Of a stretch of 20,660 nt of DNA, positions 10,076 through 20,490 are shown piece after piece (position 1 is the stretch's first letter; the number at the start of each line of letters is the position of its first letter). The notes below the pieces were generated by a model. The model ran no database searches, was not told the origin of the DNA, and worked only from the letters and a program-made list of their open reading frames with translations. This DNA comes from Craspedostauros australis (Eukaryota). The stretch is from the NCBI GenBank assembly GCA_030167865.1, contig JALAGF010003296.1:124001-144660 (forward strand), given 5' to 3'. Both the position numbers and the translations under genes were made by a program.

Positions 10076-13000
10076 TCATGCCTCCTCGCGTTCGGTTGCG
10101 ATCGGCTCACATATCCACTCAATGAGGTCCGATCCAGACATGGTGGTTAGGTCCTTCTTGTCCTTCCATGAGGTCTTCTTCGTCTGGCCCGACGCGATGT
10201 CCGCGATCTTCGAGTACGCCACGGCGAACTCTCTCCGGATGCGATGGTAGTACCCACCCCGCAGGACGTGTGCAACGTCATAGAACGTCTCGAACGGATC
10301 CTCGATCGTTAGTGCGGCGCTGTAGTTGCGCCACCCATCCAGCTCTGCTTTCACTTCGCGTTCCACGACGCCGCGTGCAGCCGTCGAATGCAGGCTGATC
10401 ACATGCCTCTTGTAGTCAAATTCGAAAGCGTAGTAACGGAAGAAAGATGCCAAGAGAATGGCAAGCGACAGGTCCTGGCCTGGGAACAGCCGCTGCAGAT
10501 TCTCAATCTCTGCACGCCCGTTCGGGCGGTAGAAGTACGTGTTCACGATGATACGCTCCTCGAAGGGATGCTGCAGCATGCTGCGGTGCATCTGCCCCAA
10601 TTCTCGGTACTCGGTTGCTGGCCGCTCTTCCGGCCATGCGTTATCTACCCACTGCAGATTGGGCAGGATGGGAGTGTTCTTCTTCCTGTTTTGGTTCGGC
10701 TTGCCATCAGGTCCACCGATGCTGGCATATAGACCGTTGCCAGCGCGTTTGTGAAACGTCAAAAAGTGCAGCAGCATCAGGATGTAGCCGTAGCTGCTCA
10801 GAGTGTGCCGTGCTGGGTTGTTGATGTCTCTGGCCTTGGCCCATTTCTTCACGATAGAGGCCAGAACGCGCACGACTGGATTGATCTCCGCGTATGTGCG
10901 CAGCAGGGAGGTGTTCAAGACAGCAAGCGGGTTGTGGACTGAAAGGTCACATTCCATTGTTTCCACCTCGCCATCTTCGTCCTTCTTGCCGGATGGTCGT
11001 GGGCAATCGAATTTGATCACCGGAATACGCGCAGTCAAGCGTGCTGTATCCACATTCTGCATTCCATTCTCCTCCATGATCTTTGCGAGGCTTGCCATGG
11101 CGTTCGCACCCGTTGGGTCTTCCTCGGTGCCCAATGATACGTTCGGAGGCAGCTGCAGGCACATGTCCAGATCAGACTTGGGCGTGCTGTGATTTTGATG
11201 GTCAGAGATGGTGTGCGAACCATACATAACCATGACAGCAGATGTTTTTATTTGTGCAATTGCAGAGATATTGTTGTGGACCAGCGTTGGAGTCGGAGTG
11301 CGAGCACGAGCACGAATGTAGCATGAAGAATCGGTAGTTGGGTGAGCATTGTACTCTATCATTGTTGGTCTCGCAATCCGCGGATGTTCTGCCGTAATGC
11401 ACATCGTGCGTCGCAGTACACGCCAACGCAATCAGACCGAAACAGTCAAGACAACATTCTTGTCGTATTCACCACATACGCGCATGGTGTGACGAATCAT
11501 GCCGTGCCCAAGCAAATCGCAAGTGCGCTTTCAAACAGTCACTGAACTTACCCGAATCCGTTTGCAGCAGATCCAAAGACCACGACTCTGCAGTTGGAAG
11601 GGAAACCATTGCAAGTTTGCACGAACTTCTCCAGCCGCAGTCGGATTGCCTCGCGTTCACGGTTCACGCTCTCCGCGTCGGCATGCGTTTCTTGAAACAT
11701 CTGACCCATCGCGGCGGATAGATGATTGAACGTGTTGACAGCGCGTGGATTCATTTGGCCTCGCTCGTTGACAGTCTTGCTGGTGTACAGAACGTTCTCC
11801 AAACGATGCGTGTTGGGCACGAAGCCCAGCGTGCGGATTTGCATCCGCGATCTGGCTTCAACGCACATTCGAATGCGTTCAGGTGTGATGTTGTTTCCGA
11901 ACTCTTGCAGCGGTTCGTACCACATCTTGCCTCGGTTGTCTGTCAGCGTGGCAAATTCCTCGCACAGTGGACACCATAGCTGGTACTCAAGGCTCATCTT
12001 GCTGACGAGGTCAGGTCGGAGCATAATGGAGATGGAGGCGTTCGTGACGACCGCCTTGAGGATGGACGCGAACGCCAGCTGGGAATCTCTCCATTTTCGC
12101 TCACAGGATGCTCGTCCGCTCATGAGGGCCTTCATTTTGTCGCGGTAGGTTTGCATCAATGGACTTGGCTCCTTGCGCTCATCAGGATCTTTGTGAGCAT
12201 CGCTTGTGCACGCTTTGTTGGTCGCTGCATGTTCTTTTTCTTCCTCCACCTCGTCCTCCACCTCCTTCGCGATCTTCGCCTTGAGCTCTTCGACGGTCTC
12301 TTCCAGCTTTTCGAGTTTGATCGACGTCTTGAGATGCTCTGATGCGCACGTGTCAACTACCTTCCTGGATTCGCAGACGCATCCCCAGATGGCCCGTCCG
12401 GCGCCTTCGAGGTGGTACGGCACTCTGTTGCGCCCCCCTCCACGTTGAATGTTGTTGCTGAGCCTGAACTGATCCAGTACGATCGAAAGCGAGTTTAGGG
12501 AAGACAGGCTGGTTGGGTTCAGCTTTTTGGACTTGAAGTTTGACAAGATGAAGCGGAGGGAGGATTCAAAGTCATCTTCTGTAATGCGAACGTTGAGGTT
12601 CGGACCAGTGGCGAGGGTGTAGATTGGTTCGTCCTGCCAGTACAGACGGAAGACGACATGGCCAGGGGTTCGCGGAGAATGGAAAGGCACTGTTCCCACG
12701 ACCTTGTCATCGTGTACCTGAAACGGGAAGTCCTTGCGTGAGTCACCGCTCGAAGACAGTACCTCCTTGGTCACGATGGACGCCTGCGTGCCGTTCTCGG
12801 TGCAACCCCGCCGATACAATCCTACCGACAGATGTTGAAGAGCATCGCGGAGAGTGTTGACGTTCCGATTGCCCTTCGACCGTTCTCGGAGGTAGGAGAG
12901 CGGGAGCATCCATTTCGCTGTGAGTTCTTGTCGTGGTCGCAGATCCACAACCGTGTTCGCTGTGGAAGCCGGGACACCATTTGCCAAAATTCGGCCCGGT

Positions 13001-15481
13001 TGTTGTTCCAAGTGGGTCCAAAGCCTTTTCGGTTGGTACTCTTTCCTCGTTGTGGTTGGAACCTTGACGGTATCGCCAGTTCCAGGAGTTGCAGACCTTG
13101 GTTTGACATCTGGTGTCATGGGTGCAGGTTCTGCTTGCCTCCCGGGCGTCCCCGCGGTGTTAGGATGAGGATGTGCAGGCGTGGGTAGATTTGTATGATG
13201 CCCGTCACCTCCTGTTGCTGTTCTTGCTGTTGCTGGAGTTGGCATGGCCACCATGGGTGATGCTTTCGGTGGTGTCGATCCCGCTGCGATCGAGGTGCCT
13301 GGTGCAGCGGAAGATATTGGGATTTGGACAGACGAAGGTACGAAGTTCATGTTAGAACCAGGCGGCGCTGGAGACTGCCCCAGCATCGAGGAGAGCGCAG
13401 AGGTCATAGTCGGATGCGGCTTCCCCCAAGCCCCACCTGACGAAAAGGAACCGAGAGAGTCGAAGCTGTTTGTGCGCGATCTCGTGGAACCGCGCGCGGT
13501 GCCTGGGATTGGTGAATGGTGACTGTTGCTGCTGTTGTTGCCGATGGGCAACCCATGAACGGGAGGGGTACTTGGAATGAGCTGAGAGAATATGTCATCG
13601 TTACCTGCCGCCATGGGCGTACCAATGGGACGATGATGATGCTGCTGCTGTTGTTGCTGATGCCCCATCATTGATCTTGGTGGCGTAACTGGTAACTGGG
13701 ATTGATGCACAGGCACATTGATGTGCAAAAGCGGAGATGGCGTTGGTCCATGATGATGGAAATGCTGCTGTTGTTGATGTTGCTGCTGTTGGAACAAGGG
13801 ATGTCCGGGTGGCGGTGATGGTGTCGGCATGTTCGATAGGTGTTGTTGATTTGATAGCAATGTCTGTGGCAATACATTATTTGGAATGTGATTGGGATGC
13901 TGTTGTTGCGGCTGCTGCTGAAGATGATGCCGGTTCATCTGATTGGATATCATGGCACTCCTCATCGGACTCGCACTCATCGGGCCAGTATTTGCAGATC
14001 TGGTCATTGCGATGAGCGGGTCAGTTGACTCGGACAGCAGGGCCGCCATGTTATGTTCGATCAGATTCATTTGTGACGTGGATGGTGCAGCCGCAGGTAG
14101 AGATGCAGCAGTGGCAGAATCATTTGATGGGGATGGTGCATTGACAGAGAATTGATGCTGGCCCGGGACGTTGGGCAAGATCGGAAGCTGTTGGATGTTG
14201 CTGGGGGTTGTGTGAAAGCCTGGCGCATTGGATTGGAATGGATTGCTGGAAAGACCTGGAAGCTGAATGTGTCTGCTGGCGGCCTTGCCGTTGTGCTGCT
14301 CGCTGCTCCTGTTGATACTGATGGCGTCATTGCTGTGGTTGTTCATACCCTGAGGCGCAAGAGTGTGCATGGGAGATGAGGATGGCAGTGTCAAATGTTG
14401 CAGAAGTGGTGACGGATTGGCCGTCGCTGTGGCTGAAGCTGCAGCCGCAATCGGCATCCGAGTCTGGCTTGGTTGGTTTGCGCTGCGTTGGCTGTGTATT
14501 GTTGCTCGTCCCTTGGCAGTAGCCCCGATCGGTGCTTGCGATTGCGTCGGCGAGGATGCAGCCGCTGCCGCTGCCGATGGCGTCGAAGGCACCCGCGCTT
14601 TCTGCTGCTGTTGTGGTTGTTGTTGTGTTGCGAGGAAGGTCCTCGCGGACTGCAAGAAGGCTTTCTGATTGTTATTGGACTGGTACGTTGCGTGGATTTG
14701 CAATGCTTGGTTATTGTCACTTTTGAGATGGGGCATGAATGCAATCAAGACCTCCTGAGACGCGTCCGTGAGAAGGCGATCGTGTATGTATGCATGCATG
14801 CATGCATGTTGGATACGTGTGTGTGAGTGTGTGTGTGTGAGCAGGGAATGGATTGATGATTCGAACCGTATGAACAATATAATGCTGTTGATTGTGGATG
14901 CCAGTGGTTCACGCAATGTGATACAATGTGATGCAATTTGATAGTGGTATGTTCAATACTCAGCGGCACAATGTGATGCTTTGCATGGTCCACAGCGAAA
15001 GATTGAGACACATCCCAATGCCCACTGTCATTCGGTAACGTACCTCGTCGCGCATTGCTGGCATGTTATGAGCCGGCGATGACTGCTTTGTGGCTGATGT
15101 TGCAGCTTGTATCATGCCGGAAGAAGACTTGTTGTTGCTGCTGCTGTTGTTCCCACTGTTGTTGTGCTTGTGGCTGCTAGGGATGGACTTTGTTGATGCG
15201 CCGGCATTGGAGGTAGTGTGGTCGGTACCATTCGAGCTGCCCCGATGGCAACTGCTGTTGTTGCTGTTGGCGATGACTTCATTCGATTTGTGAGCGGCAT
15301 GGCCAGCTGGCGCTCGATCCTTGCCTTTGCCACCGCCAGCATTGTTTCCATTGCGATTGCGATTGCCCCCTCTGCGCCCTCCTCTGCCACGGCCACCTCC
15401 ACGACCTCGATTGTTACCACCTCTGCCGCCCTTGCGATTGCCATTGCTGCCACTGCCTCCTGAGCCGCTGTTGGAAGACAT
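10076..15481 (-). CDS. Terminal nucleotidyltransferase (Cid1/URT1-like TUTase / non-canonical poly(A) polymerase family); predicted exons 15481-15044, 14754-11552, 11186-10076 (~1583 aa)
   Basis: Splicing reconstitutes the pol-beta NTase motif VVVFGSAANGFG|TPKSDLDMCL. Also present are TARIPVIKF, the third Asp in MECDLS, NTSLLRTY, VKKWAKARDINNPARHTLSSYGYILMLLHFL, and the PAP-associated domain SFFRYYAFEFDYKRHVIS...LTIEDPFETFYDVAHVL. The N-terminus is RGG-rich, then Q/H/P/S-rich. Confidence 0.9.
11187..11551 (-). other. TUTase intron 2 (365 nt, phase 2), interrupting the catalytic GS-x-D-x-D motif
   Basis: Donor TTCGG|GTAAGT, CTGAC branch motif, and acceptor AATCACAG|C. GG+C gives Gly and restores FG-TPKSDLD. 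Confidence 0.9.
14755..15043 (-). other. TUTase intron 1 (289 nt, phase 0)
   Basis: Donor GACGAG|GTACGT and acceptor TCTCAG|GAG. The intron contains (CA)n and (TGCA)n simple repeats and joins MRDE to EVLIAFMPHL in frame. Confidence 0.8.
14781..14839. repeat. Compound (TGCA)n / (GT)n simple repeat in TUTase intron 1
   Basis: cgtgtatgtatgcatgcatgcatgcatgt followed by cgtgtgtgtgagtgtgtgtgtgtg. Confidence 0.85.
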
Positions 15482-15701
15482 GACGGCAATGATGTGCTTC
15501 CAGTTGTCTGACGGGCTCTTCTAATGCCCTGCTTACTTAGTGCCTTGTTGCTGATTTGTTGCTGATTTGTGGCTGGCTCGTTGTTCTATTGTTTGTGATG
15601 ACCCACCCTCTCTGGGAAAAGGCCAAACGGCGATCCCTGACCTGAATCTACTTGTTTGGCTGGTCGACTTTGTTCCCACAACTGATTCAGTCATGTACTC
15701 T

Positions 15702-15734
15702 CACACACACACACACTCTCACTCTCACTCTCTC
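15702..15734. repeat. (CA)7 plus CTCTCA-type microsatellite upstream of the TUTase gene
   Basis: cacacacacacacactctcactctcactctctc. Confidence 0.85.
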
Positions 15735-15859
15735 GTCAGTGGGCTTGTCCCACAATGAGTCTGGTATGTACTATTGTGCAATAGTATGGTACAATACCTG
15801 CATGAAGTGGAGTGCCAATGCCGTCCAATGTTGTGCTGTAGCACGAGCTACCAGTCCGA

Positions 15860-15901
15860 TACGAGCTGCAACCTACGAGCTGTAACCTACGAACTGTAAC
15901 C
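15860..15901. repeat. 14-bp tandem repeat x3
   Basis: tacgagctgcaacc / tacgagctgtaacc / tacgaactgtaacc. Confidence 0.9.
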
Positions 15902-16134
15902 AACGGCTTGCTACCAACCAAATCGCGAACCGGCCGTCGATGACTCCAGGATTCCCGCCGATGCCAATGTGGATCTCTCCGCTCTGGCGTGATTCTCGGT
16001 GCCCCTCCTCTTGGCCGTTGTTCTCTGCTCTTCTGCCTCCTAAGATCTGCTGCTCGTAGCTCGTTGGTTGCGGATTGTCACAATCTCTGTCTTCTAAAGA
16101 TGAATTGCTTTTGTGCAACGATGTCTCTCCGTAT

Positions 16135-16152
16135 CTCTCTCTCTCTCTCTCT
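16135..16152. repeat. (CT)9 microsatellite
   Basis: ctctctctctctctctct. Confidence 0.9.
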
Positions 16153-17021
16153 ATCCTTGTCGAAGCTGTTGCCTTGCTTTTCAGTTTTCCAATGAGTTTG
16201 CACCACAACAGAGTGAACCAATTCGTCGGCGGCAAACACCCGCACAAACAACAACTTCACAACACAGAGGCACAATGACGGAGTCATTTCTTTCCTCGGT
16301 TTTTGATGTCCCAGGACGACAAACAAAACGCCAACAACGACCAAAACACGCGCAGAGCGCCTCGACGCGTTCTTGTTGGTCGACATGTTTTTGGTTTGCT
16401 GGCCAATCGTCAATTCAACGCCTTCTCGCTTTTTTAGCTTTGGGAAAAGCACTGTGAGCGAAATAGATAGCTGCAGATGAAGTCCGCTTAATCAACAAGA
16501 AGGACAGAATGACCACTTGGACCATGAGGAGTTTCACGATCAAATCGCATTCTAGACGATCAAACCAAGACGCGCAGCGAAATCTGTGGCGGCATGTGCA
16601 GAGTGCACCACACGCGTACATGCACGAGCTGCCAGTAAACACAAGATTATACAAAGTATAATATTACATGTTAGAATCCTCTAGAGTCGTGAATAATATG
16701 GCTCATGTGTTATGATATTGTATGATACGTGTTACAAAATATAATATAATACAATCATGATGTGTGCTGAAAAGGGATGGAAAATTCGGTTTGGGGGAGT
16801 CGTTGCCGATGATTGTGTGGAAATGTATAGGGATGAAATACAGAGGAATACATATATGTCGTAATAGAGCATGAGCAGAGTAACGCAACAGAGTACTCTG
16901 CTCGACTCAAATCTGGAGTACCACAAGTACTCGTGCACTTCCTCCAGGTGCATGTTGTGAGGAAAATTGGTGTCATGCTCACGCCGATCTGAAATGCGCA
17001 AAATTGGACGCTGGAGTGGGT

Positions 17022-17821
17022 TCAAGCGGATCGCGCTGTCACGGATGACGACGCCTTGTGTCCGGAGCTGCCGCTTTTGCCTGGAAGGATCTTCCGCAGC
17101 GTCTTACCAGCTGCATTCATGGCGAGGTTCACCCTGTCCCATTTCACATTCTTGATGGATGCTTCCCGTTCCTTCTTGATCTTTTCGCATTGCAAGGCCG
17201 ATTGGTCGATCTCGTTCTGCGAGTATCCCAGTGCGAGCAGCCTGTGCGGATGTTTAAATGCAGAGTGGCCAGTTCAGAGAGATCGAGCGGGGATGGTGGA
17301 GGTGAGGTGCGCGAGTAGTGTAGCGAAGTGCAGTGGCGGAGACAGCGGTACGGGAATGGTGAGTGAGGATTGGCGCAGCGATTATCAGATGATCGTGCTC
17401 CAGGCTATTCTGGCATGTTGCGCAATGCATTGCCCTCCGTTCCGTTCTGTTCCTTTCCGATCCATTCTGTTGTCTGCAACACAAGCACACATCATCGTGA
17501 GATGCTCACAGTGCCAAGATGAGTACGAGTAATCTGCCAAAGATTCTGCACTTACAGCTTGGTCCTCTGTGTCGGAGAAAGGCTGAGGTCTGTGCGTTCA
17601 CCCTTCTCGAAGACTTCGAAATAGTCAATCTCGAACTTCGCCCTTGTATGGGATTCCCAACCGATCGTCACCGGAGCACCGCTCTTGACTGCGGGATTGT
17701 CGCCCAGCTGGTATGGGAATTCGATGATCTCCACCTTGTCGAAACACACCTGCTTTCCTGCAGAGTTGGTGGATCTCAGGCTCTTTGGTGACTCTGGTGG
17801 CGACTCTTGTGGTGGCCTCAT
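17022..17821 (-). CDS. Uncharacterised 161-aa protein of the diatom 'VxF...LGDNP..G.P..I.W' family; exons 17821-17556 and 17241-17022
   Basis: Exon 1 reads MRPPQESPPESPKSLRSTNSAGKQVCFDKVEIIEFPYQLGDNPAVKSGAPVTIGWESH...LSPTQRTK. Exon 2 reads LLALGYSQNEIDQSALQCEKIKKEREASIKNVKWDRVN...TARSA*. The exons are joined by a phase-2 GT-AG intron. The motif order matches a family I recall from diatom hypothetical proteins. Confidence 0.82.
17242..17555 (-). other. Intron of the small gene (314 nt, phase 2)
   Basis: Donor AAGCT|GTAAGT and acceptor CATCCGCACAG|G. CT+G gives Leu and keeps the frame. Confidence 0.85.
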
Positions 17822-19319
17822 CGTGGCAGTGTCAGCGATCGTTGTCGAAGATGATGAAAGTCGCAGGGCTTGCTTGACCTCCGTTGCTCTACCAATGTAT
17901 GGATGCTCCACTCTTCCTCGTGCAAGATTGTATGGAATGCGCCGTGTACCAAGGAAAGAGATGGTCTGCTGTCGATGTTCAAACTCCTCGTACGAGTATG
18001 ATGGTGCCCTGTGCGTACTCTTCGAGCTGTGGTATTTGCAGAGACCCTTTGGTGTGCTTCTGTTCAGCAAACGAAACAGTCGTCCTCAAGATTTGTGTTT
18101 GTGGACTCTGGATGGACGCCTGCACCCAAAGCAGAGGAGCTGAATTCAAGAAGACAGGTCACAACTTTCTCGTCTGTTTCCGTGTGCTGTGGTCACTCTC
18201 GCTAGTTGTGTGGTACGATACAGGCCGCGTTTCTTTGTCTCTCCTCTTTTGTGTCTGGAGTGCTGTGGCTATCCGGAGAAGGTGTGCGGAAGCACACGAG
18301 TGCTGGAGCACAACGACATCCAACAGACCGTTCGCGTCGCCTTACATTGGACGCGCAGAGGCTGCGACTTTGCGGTTGAAGCTGGGAACAACCAGGACAA
18401 AGCGAAGAATTCGCCCCGCGCAAACAAAGAACACGCACAACGCAATCCACCGTGCGCGGAGAGGGTACAGCAAACCGCAACACAGACGAGAGCATCACGA
18501 CACGGCACCAATTCACGGTATTGAAAGAATTGAGGCGCGGAAAAGGTTGTGGAAAGATGTATCCGAGCGTGGAACGGTAACGCAAATACCAACTTCCAGA
18601 CAACCACAGGGAAGGCGCCAACTTCGCGAATGCCTCCAGTACAACAACAAATAAGCGCCGCCGCGAAACTGCCCAACACAATTGGAGAACTCGGTCACGC
18701 GAAACGTCCCAATTGTTGTCTCAACGTGCATAATTGTTGACTTCCACGTCATCATCGTCGCCGACGGATCGCGCTTCACGGCGACCCGCGATAAAGATAG
18801 TCACAAAAAGAGGCGTTCTGCACCAAGAATGGAGGCGCGTGACCACAAAACGGCGCATCTCAAGACACGCGACCGTCTCAAACTTGGAAGCGCACACGCA
18901 GGGTTGATTGAACGGACATCTCCAACAACGGAGCTTCGCTTCAATGGTGTCGTCGCACGTTCGGTGCGAAGGTCGTATTAGGATTGAGCATCGAGCAGTC
19001 ATCGATTGGGATGGAGTGTTTGCACAGTACGTAGGACATCAAGATGGAGAGGATGGAGAGAAAGCGGAAAGTGTGGTTTCACGGCTCATAGACTCCATCG
19101 TCGTCGTACCATACGGCTACTAAAACCAGTTCGGTTCTGGGCACAAGCGATTGGATTGTCGACACTCCTCTTGCTCCTGCTTATCCTGCCATACGGCCTG
19201 GTGAGAGACGAAACAACCAAGGTTCGGCGAGAGAGACAGAAGTTTGCAGAAGTCTTCCCACAGCCGGTCTGATGCACAAGTAGTCCATGAGAAACAGGGT
19301 CTTCAGTGATAATGTTGGC

Positions 19320-19346
19320 GACGATGACGATGATGATGATAATGAT
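19320..19346. repeat. Imperfect (GAT)n trinucleotide repeat
   Basis: gacgatgacgatgatgatgataatgat. Confidence 0.75.
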
Positions 19347-20490
19347 GGACTGTTTGTGTGCGACTCGATGTTCGGGATTTCAAGCACGACCAGAGAGCAC
19401 CGTTGTCGGCATCACCACAACAACCCACCATCCAACTATGACCGCCGCCAGCCGTCTTCCGACATTGCATCAGCGCCAAGACTTCGGCAGGTCAGGCACG
19501 AAATTGATTGCAAGGATGGCGTTGCCAAGAGAGAGCGCATCATACTCGTACGTGTATTCTGGTACAACACCTACCAAACAAGAGGCGACAACTCTGATCC
19601 ACCACGATTCATGTATCATGTACAATGATACATAGCACGAGTAGTTCTCAAAGGCTTTCCTCTCTTGATCAGCATGATCGAAGGTCAACGCGAGCCGACG
19701 AGTGCAAATCAGCAACAATTTTCATCCTTGCTCCTAGTCGTATATGCTGTAGCTCGCGTAACAGGTCGCAGCAAACGCCATTGTTAGTTCCCATTCAGCG
19801 CATGGCATTGCCTCGCCAAGCGTGTTAGGGCAGAGTGCCATACTCCACCCACAATATGTATGGCTGCATCATTTCCATCAGGCTGGTTTGGCGTTTCCGC
19901 GTACAGCAGCGTACGTATTAGCACAAGTAGGTCGGAGCAACCGTTTCTGCTCTCTGGAAATCTCTTCATTCGAGGAATACAGGCTCCATGAGAGATTGTT
20001 TCCGGATGTCTGTGTCTTCAACCATCTCCAACGTTCACACTTTCGAATGCTCTGCTCTAATCCGGGGGACGAGGAATTGTCAACGTACTGATGGGTAACT
20101 TCCTTGGCGCATGGACACGTGCCTACACAAAGGCGGGCTACCTTCTATCGCATAGTATATTGTTGTTCCCGCAGGATTCGATAGTGTCAGATTGAATCAC
20201 GTTCTTGTTCTCCGCGTTCATGTGAAAGTAGTCTCTGCGCATGTCACATGAGACATAATCGGCGTGAAGCAAATCTCAACAACCACAATTTCTCCAGAAA
20301 AACAAAAACGAAAACAACACAAGATCAGAAAGCAGATAACGAAAACCCGTGATGTTGTTGGTTATGGTAAGAGCCCCCCGAGTGAGTCGACCACTCGTTT
20401 GAAACGGACCTCCAGAAATTTTCTCTCCTACATACTAACCAAGCACATATTCGTAATCCTTGTAGGTCTAATACAAATAATTAACCATTA

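Noticed and set aside
11187..11551. In-frame TAA right after FGSAANGFG, suggesting readthrough or a split enzyme
   Set aside because: The TAA is part of the GTAAGT splice donor, and splicing restores the catalytic motif.
15860..15901. Repeat as a possible CRISPR-like array
   Set aside because: The units are 14 bp, directly adjacent with no spacers, and the context is eukaryotic.
1..17821. Four co-oriented genes as a functional cluster or operon
   Set aside because: Their functions (trafficking, peroxisome import, RNA tailing, unknown) are unrelated, each has its own intergenic spacer, and co-orientation of four genes is unremarkable by chance.
17884..18681. Overlapping ORFs of 111-256 aa on both strands
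   Set aside because: They have C/R-rich, random-looking composition and no recognisable domain.
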